A DNA stretch of 33,965 nt from a virus (lineage: Duplodnaviria; Caudoviricetes), in IMG/VR virus record IMGVR_UViG_3300032218_001330, positions 1-33,965 of that record. One strand, written 5' to 3'. The translations under genes were made by a program, and so were the position numbers. How positions within the stretch are numbered: position 1 is the stretch's first letter; the number at the start of each line of letters is the position of its first letter. Below are positions 15,501 to 27,448 of this stretch, piece after piece. The notes under the pieces were generated by a model that was not told the DNA's origin, made no database searches, and was given only the letters and a program-made list of their open reading frames with translations.

Positions 15501-17863
15501 ACCTAAGTTCTAAACTTTCATCAAAAGGCATTGGCGCTGTTACGCCTGATAATAAACACTATTCATCTGAATTAGCTAATACTCTTAATAGGGATTTTGG
15601 TAACTCAAAGGTTATCCGTATGTTGGCATCTGGCATGAAGCCAGCTGAGGTTGTTGACTGGCTCAAGCATGATACTGCTGGCCGCGATCTTAGCAAACGC
15701 CTTAATCCTCAGGTTGTTGGTGCTAAAGAAGAACGCGCCAGCCTTGGCCTTAACTACGATGAAGTAGATGCTTACGTTGCTAAGGTTAATGGGTTTTTAG
15801 ATAACTACTTACCAGCATCAAATCAAGTCCTTCGAGATAAGCTTGCTAAGCATGAGTTGATTACAGAAGATGACATCAAGGCAGCCCACTCAGGACTTGA
15901 TGATGCAGATAAGCCAGTTATTCACGGAAGCGTAATTCAAGAAAACATCAAAAACAATTCTCTTTATACAGTTAAAAGTTTGCAGCAAGGTCTTTTCAAG
16001 TTCCTTGGCTCAATGCCAGAAGATGCTTGGGCAAGAAACCCGCTTTATCGTAGTCTCTATAGAGATGAACTAAAGCGTCGTGTTGATCTTATGTCAGCAA
16101 TGAAGAAAGACCGCTTAACTCCTGCTGACCAAGAAGCCATTATGAAAAAGTCGCATGAGTTTGCACAACGCGGTGTCAAGAGTATCTTGTTTAACATTGA
16201 GCGTCGCACAAATCTTGCCACAGCACTTAAGTTTATTAGCCCGTTTTTTTCTGCACAGGAAAATGCTGTTAAGACTTGGACTAAAATGGGTATCAATAAC
16301 CCAGCCATTATCAATCGTGGCGCTATTATCTGGAACGCACCTAACCGTGCTGGTATGGTAACAGACAAAGATGGCAACATTGTTCCAGTTGGTAAGTCAA
16401 CACCTCAGGATACTATCTGGCTTGAGATGCCAGACTGGGCTAAGCGTCTTCCGCTTATCGGTCCTGGTCTTACAGCACTTGACCAACAAGGTATTCCAAA
16501 GCAATCTTTAGATATTATTTTCAGCGGTGGATTAAACACACTTTATGGCGGAAAAGCATCTGTACCATTTAACGATGTTATCCCAGTTGGTCCATATGTA
16601 GCAATCCCTGCATCAGAGTTGGCTAAGCGCCAACCTGAATTTGAGGATGCACTTAAGTGGGCATTACCATATGGTCCAATTAACGGTCCTTTGTATGAAG
16701 GCTTACTCCCAGCATGGGTCAAAAGAGCGCAAACACTAGCACTTGGCCAGAATAGTCAAGAGTATGTTCGCACCTATCAGCTGATTCATACAACAGAGTT
16801 GCATAAGGCTAAGGCAGCAGGGCAAGAGATGCCATCTGAAAAGACCATCAAGCGTATGACTGATGATTATTACAAGATGCGTATTGTTGCTAACTTGATT
16901 ATGCCTTACTCTCCAAAGTTTGACAGCCCATACCGTTTATACTTGGACAAGTACCGTGAATATCAACGCAAGTTCACAGGACTTGGCGAAGCTGATTCAA
17001 TGTTCCTTCAGGATTACCCTGAGTTTTTTGATTTTGCTGTAAGCCTTTCTTCTAATAAGACAGGAGCCTTGGCAAGCCAAGGCACATACGCTAATACAAA
17101 GAAGTACGGCGATCTTGTTTCATCTGTCTACAAGGATGAACCTTCACTTGTTGGTTTGATTACCAACAACCCAGGCAGTAACGACTTTTCTCAGGCAGTC
17201 TATGACTGGCAGTATGCAAATACAGTTGGTCCAGGAACAGGCGATACTTTCCGTGGTAACGCTAACGCTCAAGATGCTGAGAAGCAGAACCAGATTAAAC
17301 TTGGCTGGATTAAATACCGTAACATTATGAATCAGATTGATGCTGACCTTAAGAATCGTGGCCTTGAATCTATTACCGACAAAGGCGCAGAAGACCTTCA
17401 GGTTATTAAACAATTAACTGTTGAAGCGCTTTCTATACAAAAAGATGATAACAATAACCCAATTTTAGATTCAAATGGGAATCCAAAGATAACTGCTTGG
17501 CTTGAAGATTACAAGAGTTTAGATGGAACCAGAACGCTTCGCATCGTATCTGGCCTTAACAAAATAGTTAATGACCCTAAGTTCTTAAAAGATCATACTG
17601 AGCCAAATGGTAAACTTAATCCAACATGGAACGCAGTTGCTATGTACCTACAGATACGTAAACAACTATCAGATGAACTTGCCAAACGTCCAATAAAAAG
17701 TTTATCTGCTGGCCCTAACACTGATATATCGGTAATATATGATTTAGCAGTTAAAGAACTTAGAAAGGGCAATATCGGATTTGCTGATATTTATGACCGA
17801 TACCTTTCTCAAGATCAAGTTTACTATAAAAATATTTCCGAAGCAGGGCTTAAGGGAGCATAA
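12536..17863 (+). CDS. giant internal virion (ejection/DNA-transfer-like) protein with an inserted HDxxGH domain
   Basis: 1775-aa, mostly helical ORF between portal and scaffold. Its size and position fit a podovirus ejection protein (inference). Confidence 0.65.
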   Translation: MSVWTRVGQFAKDVGVAVASPAKFVWDVASSPFNNDEHFNGVANTLANATKNLGSSLLKPVADVAALPGVSQAVAGINTINQNVIREPLATAALTIGDTLSGKGSIFNPNEWKKAYAATQDTFVVNPDDPTKKIRVPGVSFGQAVVGAGIGLASDKFDIYDPKQREEAFKNSMFGEVTSGALDFGIQFAGDVTLGLAKGVKVLKASEYGVGALTNGDKAAKAAEEITKSVAGQKNRFTPLIANFTKNDSTYAINHPLVKSSSEPAFLANVLGAAKDEETIGLILRSSLGDAHAIEELKLTRADLSQAISNAKKDIDSFDKFKLNLAPDAVIFPWEGAEIMADAAAALAAAEKHDAQAAKLMQIADGGGSLTRTTGTLLQGTEDFIAKARSTAFYDKAVGAPIVRFYQPTPFHRMYQVISHAERERPSGLADVNDADSYKEIIATIDRGRKLGKLTEEQSKFHLDNYIGQMTPEGRTSALHYLEQNILISVAKRHGISKEQAMDIWNDVHNARTSAVNTVKEKGFMVDQDKSILKFPVFESQTANFVPIMDFDLMNRLIKRNQSSIAFLGRTADTTIHYADILQDAFKAAALLRGGYTIRNGVDSQLRIMASLGAMASIRHLGEGMKDMMFDRIKAPSAISDRFSFLPTKKNRIADVVTTRNNLTEEIDTLKNRIVELEGMPGSGARFHNDSVVAAREGAQSYAQKMGIPYDETIDFKNLKADKARAAKIADEYDKLPTYSKEAIPQYNALIKEVEQQYDHMVNELGVEVEFVDKDPYKNSKEMMADVSQGKLKVLKTSATGPHPHMTNEQNDKFRAVHDYFGHAATGRGFAQNGEEAAWVHHSQMFSPDARAALTTETRGQNSWYNTRGKGFAEQKVAVLPKEYHEITSDIARVGDHPLNADTLAEINTLKNLLEEKTMVDSHYASLITRMSGKNFKTRMGQGTIEHTTSDGQKYELYDSFGGPLGDMFRNLNSSASTYSRLMDSNGDNLSSKLSSKGIGAVTPDNKHYSSELANTLNRDFGNSKVIRMLASGMKPAEVVDWLKHDTAGRDLSKRLNPQVVGAKEERASLGLNYDEVDAYVAKVNGFLDNYLPASNQVLRDKLAKHELITEDDIKAAHSGLDDADKPVIHGSVIQENIKNNSLYTVKSLQQGLFKFLGSMPEDAWARNPLYRSLYRDELKRRVDLMSAMKKDRLTPADQEAIMKKSHEFAQRGVKSILFNIERRTNLATALKFISPFFSAQENAVKTWTKMGINNPAIINRGAIIWNAPNRAGMVTDKDGNIVPVGKSTPQDTIWLEMPDWAKRLPLIGPGLTALDQQGIPKQSLDIIFSGGLNTLYGGKASVPFNDVIPVGPYVAIPASELAKRQPEFEDALKWALPYGPINGPLYEGLLPAWVKRAQTLALGQNSQEYVRTYQLIHTTELHKAKAAGQEMPSEKTIKRMTDDYYKMRIVANLIMPYSPKFDSPYRLYLDKYREYQRKFTGLGEADSMFLQDYPEFFDFAVSLSSNKTGALASQGTYANTKKYGDLVSSVYKDEPSLVGLITNNPGSNDFSQAVYDWQYANTVGPGTGDTFRGNANAQDAEKQNQIKLGWIKYRNIMNQIDADLKNRGLESITDKGAEDLQVIKQLTVEALSIQKDDNNNPILDSNGNPKITAWLEDYKSLDGTRTLRIVSGLNKIVNDPKFLKDHTEPNGKLNPTWNAVAMYLQIRKQLSDELAKRPIKSLSAGPNTDISVIYDLAVKELRKGNIGFADIYDRYLSQDQVYYKNISEAGLKGA

Positions 17864-17865
17864 CC

Positions 17866-18327
17866 ATGACAACAGGACCTATGAGTGTTACATCTTCAGG
17901 AGCGGCTAATGTTGCCCAATCGGTTGGCATCTCTCAAGATAAAATTAACCAAGAGATTGCCAAGCGCAATGCAGGCGGTACAACAGGTGGACCAACCAGC
18001 ACAGTTACTAAAACAAAGTACACAATTGGTGGAGCAACCTCAGACATCAATACCATCTGGCGCCAGTACACTGGCAAGAGCGCTTCCAAGAAGCAGATTA
18101 ACGCTGTTACAGCTGCGATTAACGCAGCTTTAGCTGCTAACCCAGACAAAACATTTAATAGTGGTGGGGATAATTCAGTTACCAATACGGTAGTTGGTGC
18201 AGACTCAGCACAGATTATTAAAGAACAGGCGTTAAAAGATCCTGAGACTTCTAAGTTCCAAGCAGCAACTACATATTACGATGCACTTCTTAGCACGTTA
18301 CAAGGACCTGGGGGAAGTGGATACTAA
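17866..18327 (+). CDS. putative internal virion protein
   Basis: 153 aa with a GGAG SD, in the structural operon. Confidence 0.6.
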   Translation: MTTGPMSVTSSGAANVAQSVGISQDKINQEIAKRNAGGTTGGPTSTVTKTKYTIGGATSDINTIWRQYTGKSASKKQINAVTAAINAALAANPDKTFNSGGDNSVTNTVVGADSAQIIKEQALKDPETSKFQAATTYYDALLSTLQGPGGSGY

Positions 18328-19793
18328 TGGCTGATCAATTAAGTTTTGAAGACTTTATTAAGAGTCTTCCTACAAAACCAGTAGTTAAAAAGAAAAAGAT
18401 TCCAACTGGGTCTACCAACATAAGCCCATCGGCACAGACTGAATTAGAAAATAGTCAAATCAATGATGCTTTTCTTAGCGCATCAAACGCTGGTTCGGAA
18501 TTGCTTCAAGCAATTGCACAATATAAAACAGGTGCTATTAGCAAAGCACAAGCTGCGGCAGTCTATGCTACATATACCCAAAAAATTGCAAACTTATCTG
18601 AGTTAGATCCAACACGGGCAAGTAACATTCAAAACTCTATTTTAGGTAAACAAACTACGGCCACTACTGTAAAGAAAACTACAGCAGATACGTTGCCAAC
18701 AAAGGCAACCCCTACATCTACGCAGCCTTTTACTACACCAATGACAGTATCAGGTCAAGTAACTAAATCCGTTACAAAACTTGCCCCTACAGGTCCTTCT
18801 GGCCCACCTAAAGTTAATACTCCCCCACCAGCAGCTGGTGTTAAATTAACTCCAGAGCAAGCACATGATAGGGCTATTGCAGCATTACAAGCATCTGGCA
18901 ATATGGGCGAATTTGCAGTACAGATGGGCTTAATCAATTCTGACGATAGTCTTAAAGCATTATTCTATAAAGATATTTATGACCCTATCATGGCAGGCAA
19001 AGACCCTGTATCTGTTGATTTGTTTAAGGCACATTTAATAAATACCGAATGGTATAAATCTATAACTCCAAATGCTCGTACAGCAGAAGCAATTAGACTT
19101 GGAGATGCCCCAGCCTGGAAAGAATCCATGGCAGCTGCCTCTGGTTTAATTAAAGATAATGCTTTAGCCCTAGGCTATGATATTTCAGATGATCAAATTA
19201 CTAAACTAGCTGATTTAGTTTTACATAAATCAGGCGGTAAAGCAGAAAATGTTTCAGGGTTAACTCTTGATTTTCTTAAAAAGCAAGTTACCAGCATAGG
19301 AAAGATTAACTTTGCTGGTGGCACTGCGGCAACTGGGCTATCTAGTCTCAAAACATTTGCTGCTGACTATGGAGTATCTCAATTATACTCAGAAGCAACA
19401 CTTAAAGACATGCAAGATAGAATTGAAAAGGGAACATTAACCCAAGCAGCGGCAGAACTTGCCATAAAAAATTCAGCTAAGTCTATCTACAATGCACTAG
19501 CGCCACAGATTGATGCAGGCTTTACCACATCTTCTATCCTTAGTCCATACAAGCAACTATACGGACAGATTCTAGAAAAGGATCCAAACGCTATTGCTCT
19601 TTCAGATACTCAGTTTATGAGCAACATCTTTGCTAAAGATACTAAAGACCCAAATATCCAGACATTGAAACCACTATGGCAATACCAACAGGATCTAAAA
19701 AACGACCCAAGTTGGGCATATACCAAAAATGCTAAAGACAGTATTGATAGTACGGCACATAGCATCTTAACAAGTTTGGGGCTGACATGGTAA
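18327..19793 (+). CDS. putative internal virion protein
   Basis: 488 aa with a Thr/Pro-rich linker and a C-terminal LKNDPSWAYTKNA motif. TAATG-coupled. Confidence 0.6.
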   Translation: MADQLSFEDFIKSLPTKPVVKKKKIPTGSTNISPSAQTELENSQINDAFLSASNAGSELLQAIAQYKTGAISKAQAAAVYATYTQKIANLSELDPTRASNIQNSILGKQTTATTVKKTTADTLPTKATPTSTQPFTTPMTVSGQVTKSVTKLAPTGPSGPPKVNTPPPAAGVKLTPEQAHDRAIAALQASGNMGEFAVQMGLINSDDSLKALFYKDIYDPIMAGKDPVSVDLFKAHLINTEWYKSITPNARTAEAIRLGDAPAWKESMAAASGLIKDNALALGYDISDDQITKLADLVLHKSGGKAENVSGLTLDFLKKQVTSIGKINFAGGTAATGLSSLKTFAADYGVSQLYSEATLKDMQDRIEKGTLTQAAAELAIKNSAKSIYNALAPQIDAGFTTSSILSPYKQLYGQILEKDPNAIALSDTQFMSNIFAKDTKDPNIQTLKPLWQYQQDLKNDPSWAYTKNAKDSIDSTAHSILTSLGLTW

Positions 19794-20950
19794 CGTTTAC
19801 TAATTCTCAAATAGACGGTGGTGGTAATCCAACTACAATCACAGCTCAAAAATATACCGCATCAGATGGTACAGTATTTACTAATGAAACAGACCTTGTT
19901 GCTTATGAAGAAAAGTTAAATAAAGATGCAGCAGATGCTCAAGCCGCAGCAGATGCTAAAGCAACTGCTGACGCAAAAGCAGCAGCCGATGCTAAAGTTA
20001 TTGCAGATGCTAAAGCAGCAGCAGATAAGGTAGCCGCTGATAAAGCAGCAGCTGACGCTGCTACTAAGGCAGCAGAAGAAGCAAAATTAAAGGCTAAACA
20101 AGATAACGCTATTGCAAGCGCTAAAGCACTCTTTGCATCTTACGGATTAGAAGGCGAATTTGCTGACTCACTTATAGAATTAGTTAAGAAAGATTACAAC
20201 AGCGATACAATTGCTTTGATGGCACAAGATCCAAGCAGCAAGACACCTTTGGCCCTTGCTTTCCAAGCACGCTTTGCTGGCAACAAGGCACGCATTGCCG
20301 CTGGTCTTCCACCTCTTAGCCCAGCTGAGTACATTGCTACTGAAAAGTCTTATCGAGCCATTATGGGAGCAGCAGGATTGCCTAAAGGTTTTTATGATTC
20401 AAAAGATGACTTTACTAAGTTCATTTCTATGGACATTAGTGCAACAGAATTACAAAACCGTGTCAACGTAGCAGCCAAATCAATTGCTAACGCAGATCCT
20501 TTCTACACTCAGTCACTACAAAGTATGTATGGCTTAAGCACAGGCGACATGATTGCCCATGCTCTAGACCCAAATGCAGCGCTACCGCTTCTACAGAAGC
20601 AAGCAGCAGCCGTAGAGTTTGGTGCAGCAGCAGGACGTCAAGGACTTGGCGTAAGTGCTAGCACAGCAGAACAATATGCTGGACTTGGCGTTACATCTGC
20701 TCAAGCAGAACAAGGCTTTAAGACTATTTCACAAATGCTACCAGAAGAACAACGTCTAGCAGCACGCTTTACTCCTACTGAAGCAGCAGGTCAAGGGGCG
20801 CAACTTGAAACAGAAATCTTTGGCGGAGCCAAGTCTGGTCAAGCAGAACTAAAGCGCAAGCGACTACAACAGCAAGAAGAGAATATCTTCAGCGGTAGTT
20901 CAGGCGCAGGTAAAGGAAGCCTTTACACAGAGAGTCAAGGCACAACCTAA
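19787..20950 (+). CDS. putative internal virion protein with Ala/Asp/Lys repeat
   Basis: 387 aa with AAADAK-type repeats and an RFAGN..R...GL..LSPAEY core. Confidence 0.6.
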   Translation: MVTFTNSQIDGGGNPTTITAQKYTASDGTVFTNETDLVAYEEKLNKDAADAQAAADAKATADAKAAADAKVIADAKAAADKVAADKAAADAATKAAEEAKLKAKQDNAIASAKALFASYGLEGEFADSLIELVKKDYNSDTIALMAQDPSSKTPLALAFQARFAGNKARIAAGLPPLSPAEYIATEKSYRAIMGAAGLPKGFYDSKDDFTKFISMDISATELQNRVNVAAKSIANADPFYTQSLQSMYGLSTGDMIAHALDPNAALPLLQKQAAAVEFGAAAGRQGLGVSASTAEQYAGLGVTSAQAEQGFKTISQMLPEEQRLAARFTPTEAAGQGAQLETEIFGGAKSGQAELKRKRLQQQEENIFSGSSGAGKGSLYTESQGTT

Positions 20951-20958
20951 AACAGAAT

Positions 20959-21050
20959 CCATCTCAGCTGACTAGCACTGTTGATGTGTAATTAAAGACT
21001 AGTAGTGGAAGCCAACACCCTTTCCCCTGAGGAATGTTGTGGTCTGCGAT
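20959..21050 (+). promoter_or_regulatory. candidate structured leader (pseudoknot plus hairpin) upstream of the scaffold/capsid genes
   Basis: Stem TCAGC..G/C..GTTGA whose loop ACTAG is complementary to downstream CTAGT (20998-21002), followed by the hairpin CCAACA-CCT/AGG-TGTT-GG. Confidence 0.4.
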
Positions 21051-21075
21051 TAACCTACTAACAAGGGAGTGCCAT

Positions 21076-21570
21076 ATGGCAAACCAATATGAAGATGATG
21101 AAGACGACTTGGACCTAGAGGAACAGCAACTTGCTGATTCAAACGGCCCAGCTAATCTCCGCAAAGCGTTAAAGCGTGCAGAGAAGGAAAAGAAAGAACT
21201 AATGGAACAGCTAGCAAGTATCCAATCGGATCTTCGCAGTCGCTCCGTCAAAGAAGTATTGGCATCGAAAGGCGTACCTGACAAGGTCGCCAAGTTTATT
21301 CCTGGCGACGTAAGTACGCCTGAGCAGATAGATTCTTGGCTTGTAGAAAATGCCGATGTTTTCGGCTTTCAAGTAAGCGAAGAAGCTGCTCCGTCTGAGG
21401 AAACACCAAATACAAACGCAATGCAGGTGCAACGTATTAACGCTGTAACCCACAATGCAAACACTCCATCCCGTGATCAAGATACAGCAGCAAAGCTTGC
21501 AGGTGTCAAGACTAAGGACGAATTGGACATACTCGTATTTGGCGAGACATTAGGTCGCCGCAGACGTTAA
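21076..21570 (+). CDS. capsid scaffolding protein
   Basis: Acidic N-terminus (EDDEDDLDLEE), coiled coil, IDSWLVENADVFG, directly upstream of the MCP. The start at ATG 21076 has an AGGGAG SD. Confidence 0.8.
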   Translation: MANQYEDDEDDLDLEEQQLADSNGPANLRKALKRAEKEKKELMEQLASIQSDLRSRSVKEVLASKGVPDKVAKFIPGDVSTPEQIDSWLVENADVFGFQVSEEAAPSEETPNTNAMQVQRINAVTHNANTPSRDQDTAAKLAGVKTKDELDILVFGETLGRRRR

Positions 21571-21610
21571 ACCATTTGCACGCTAAACCCCTACAGAAAG
21601 AAGGTGAATA

Positions 21611-22651
21611 ATGGCATATACAGATACATCAGGCTCGTCTCTAGGTACTTCCCTAGTCCAGACCGCTTATGATCGTTATGTTGAATTCGCTCTCCGTGCT
21701 GTTCCACTTATCCGCGATGTTGCAGATAAGCGTCCAGTACAGCAAGCGATGCCAGGCTCATCCGTTGTATTCCAAATTTACAACGACATGGCCGCAGTTA
21801 CAGCTCCGCTCACAGAAACTACTGATCCAGATGCAGTTGCTATCGGCAACACAACTCCAATCACAGTGACTTTGAACGAATACGGAAATGCTTCACTTGC
21901 TACTCGCAAGTTGGAACTTTTCTCACTATCAGACGTTGATCCAGCAATTGCTGACATCATCGCCTTCAACATGGCAGACTCACTTGACACAGTTGCACTA
22001 CGTCAATTGAACTTCGGTTCAAACGTAATCGCTGAGCCAACAGGTGGTTCTACTGTTCCAGTCAGCACATATGCTGGTTCATACACAAACGGAACATCAC
22101 AGGCTTTGGTACAGAATACTTCTACCATTAAGTCACGCGACATCCGTCTTGCTGTTGCTAAGCTACGTACCAACAAGGTTGTCCCACGTCAGGGAGAATA
22201 CTACTGGTGCGGTATCCACCCAGAAGTTTCACACGATCTTCGTGCTGAGACTGGTTCAGGCGGATGGCGTGATGACCATAAGTACTCAGAGACAGGTTCA
22301 TCTGAATTCTGGCCAGGTACTATTGGTACATACGAAGGCGCAATGTTCGTGGAATCTCCACGTCTATTCAACGCTGCTGACGGTTCTGGTGCTTCAGGCG
22401 CCTCAGGAACATTCGGCAACTCAGATTACGTATACGGTACAGGTGGCGCTCGCGTCTTCCGTACTCTTGTTGCTGGTAAGCAAGCACTTGCAGAAGCAGT
22501 TGCTGAAGAACCACACGTAATCTTTGGACCAATCGTTGACAAGTTGATGCGTTTCCGTCCAATCGGCTGGTACGGTGTATTGGGCTTTGCTCGTTACCGT
22601 TCAGAAGCATTGGTTCGTATCGAAACATCTTCATCAATTCACTCTGCTTAA
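21611..22651 (+). CDS. major capsid protein (N4-gp56-like HK97 fold)
   Basis: 346 aa with VTLNEYGN, IHPEVSHDLR, IGTYEGAMFVESPR and DKLMRFRPIGWYG motifs. AAGGTG SD and a strong downstream hairpin. Confidence 0.9.
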   Translation: MAYTDTSGSSLGTSLVQTAYDRYVEFALRAVPLIRDVADKRPVQQAMPGSSVVFQIYNDMAAVTAPLTETTDPDAVAIGNTTPITVTLNEYGNASLATRKLELFSLSDVDPAIADIIAFNMADSLDTVALRQLNFGSNVIAEPTGGSTVPVSTYAGSYTNGTSQALVQNTSTIKSRDIRLAVAKLRTNKVVPRQGEYYWCGIHPEVSHDLRAETGSGGWRDDHKYSETGSSEFWPGTIGTYEGAMFVESPRLFNAADGSGASGASGTFGNSDYVYGTGGARVFRTLVAGKQALAEAVAEEPHVIFGPIVDKLMRFRPIGWYGVLGFARYRSEALVRIETSSSIHSA

Positions 22652-22662
22652 TTTAAGCAATG

Positions 22663-22692
22663 GCTACTCCCTGCCTTCGGGCGGGGAGTAGC
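22663..22692 (+). terminator. hairpin terminator/attenuator after the major capsid gene
   Basis: 13-bp stem GCTACTCCCTGCC/GGCGGGGAGTAGC with a cUUCGg tetraloop. The weak U-tract suggests partial read-through. Confidence 0.8.
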
Positions 22693-22718
22693 ACCCTTAA
22701 TCTTACGAAAGGTAGCAC

Positions 22719-22976
22719 ATGGCTTACTTGCTAAAACCACCGACAGTCAAAGAAGGACCTGCTGGTTTTGGTCGTTTGTTCTGGCGCTACAAGATTGACC
22801 GTGGAGATTCACTCCTAGTATTTGGAACAACAGTTGTGCGCCAGCGCACACCCGCAGTGCAAGACACAGTGAGCGCGGATTACTGTTACTTAGGTGGACA
22901 TGAATACTATCTCTCCGAAGCTGAATATCAGATTTTGTACAACGCGGGCTATAGCCCTTACATCACTATTTCCTAA
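22719..22976 (+). CDS. virion-associated hypothetical protein
   Basis: 85 aa with a YLGGHEY motif and a GAAAGG SD. Confidence 0.7.
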   Translation: MAYLLKPPTVKEGPAGFGRLFWRYKIDRGDSLLVFGTTVVRQRTPAVQDTVSADYCYLGGHEYYLSEAEYQILYNAGYSPYITIS

Positions 22977-22985
22977 GGAGCAGAC

Positions 22986-26110
<3,125 letters not shown>

Positions 26111-26127
26111 ATGGAAAGTAGTAACTA

Positions 26128-26445
26128 ATGGCTACGACAACCAAAGCACTTTTTAGAGGTGCCGCAACAACTACAACAACAACAGTTCTTTATACTGTTC
26201 CAGCTTCAACATCAACCGTGGTAACTAATATCATTGTTGCCAATACAAGCGCCACTGCATACACATTTACACTTGGTATGGGTACGGCAGGATCAACAAC
26301 TTCTATTGCTACGGCAGTTGCTATTGCTGGAAACTCAATAGTTGAAATTGATATGAAACAGGTATTGATTGCAACTAACACAATTACAGGTGGTGCATCA
26401 AACGTTGCAGTTACATTCCACATCAGCGGAGTGGAGATAGCATAA
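26128..26445 (+). CDS. small beta-rich fibre tip adaptor protein
   Basis: The LYTVPASTSTVVTNIIVAN...FHISGVEI pattern is common in aquatic phage tail modules. Confidence 0.65.
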   Translation: MATTTKALFRGAATTTTTTVLYTVPASTSTVVTNIIVANTSATAYTFTLGMGTAGSTTSIATAVAIAGNSIVEIDMKQVLIATNTITGGASNVAVTFHISGVEIA

Positions 26446-27140
26446 TGGCAATCTCACAGATACCTTCAGCAACTTCAAGCGTAATTGCAGGAATGAAGGA
26501 AACAGTAGTAACTGCTACTGGAACTTTTACAGCAACAACAGCATCAACTTACAACGGCTGGGTTGAAGTTTTACTTGTAGGTGGTGGTGGTGCAGGTGGT
26601 GGACAAACCACTACCACTACACCACAAAGTGGTGGCTCTGGTGGACAGGTTAAAAAAAGAATTGTGCAACTTGCAGCAGGTGGCTCGGTTACTGTAACAA
26701 TTGGTGGCGGTGGTACTGGCTCTTCTAGTGCAAGTGGCAGTGCTGGTACAAACTCAACGTTTGGTGGTTTATTAACTGCAACTGGTGGCACTGGCGGTAC
26801 AACTGATGTTGGAACAGGTGCAGCCTCTGCTGGTGAAGGTTCAGGCAACGGTGGTGGTGCATTTGCATTCTTAATTAATACTACTACTTCATCTACAGGA
26901 GTATCAATGCTTTCAGCAGGAGCAGGTACTTATGGTTTTGCTGGTGGTGGCGGTGGTGGTCTTGGAAGTCCTTCAGTATTAATTGCTGGTGCAAATGGTG
27001 GTGGTGCAAGTGCTCTAACTACTGGTGTTGCAGGCACCGCAAACACTGGTGGCGGTGGTGGTGCAGGTGTTAGGGCCACATCAACTGGCACTGGTGGCGC
27101 AGGTGGTTCAGGCATTTGTATTATTCGTTGGTTTGAGTAG
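26445..27140 (+). CDS. glycine-rich receptor-binding/tip protein
   Basis: VLLVGGGGAGG...VTIGGGG...ANTGGGGG...GGAGGSGICIIRW, a polyglycine (gp38-adhesin-like) domain. Confidence 0.75.
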   Translation: MAISQIPSATSSVIAGMKETVVTATGTFTATTASTYNGWVEVLLVGGGGAGGGQTTTTTPQSGGSGGQVKKRIVQLAAGGSVTVTIGGGGTGSSSASGSAGTNSTFGGLLTATGGTGGTTDVGTGAASAGEGSGNGGGAFAFLINTTTSSTGVSMLSAGAGTYGFAGGGGGGLGSPSVLIAGANGGGASALTTGVAGTANTGGGGGAGVRATSTGTGGAGGSGICIIRWFE

Positions 27141-27148
27141 GAGTAATA

Positions 27149-27349
27149 ATGGAAAAACATTACGTCTTTTTGACAAATAATGAAGTAAAAGCAGTTTTAG
27201 TATTTGCCAATCAAGATGAAGAACTTGCTGCAACTGTCTGCGCTGAATTTGGTTATGACCAATCAGTGTGGATTGATGATGTAATGCCGCCTGTTCTTAA
27301 TGCTACATATGATGGCGGGGATTTCTTCCCACCATTAATTCAAGGATAA
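27149..27349 (+). CDS. small acidic fibre-assembly/chaperone-like protein
   Basis: 66 aa ending ATYDGGDFFPP. It follows the glycine-rich gene and has a GGAG SD. Confidence 0.6.
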   Translation: MEKHYVFLTNNEVKAVLVFANQDEELAATVCAEFGYDQSVWIDDVMPPVLNATYDGGDFFPPLIQG

Positions 27350-27433
27350 GATTATGGATGCTTTATTGATGATCTTGTTGGGGTTGTGCATAGCTTTTGT
27401 TTTGGCTCATAATGCACACAAATAGCATCAATA

Positions 27434-27442
27434 TGGTATAAT
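27434..27442 (+). promoter_or_regulatory. extended -10 promoter (TGnTATAAT), probably leaderless transcript
   Basis: TGGTATAAT ends 6 nt before the ATG of the glycosyltransferase, which has no clear SD. Confidence 0.6.
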
Positions 27443-27448
27443 TGGGAC

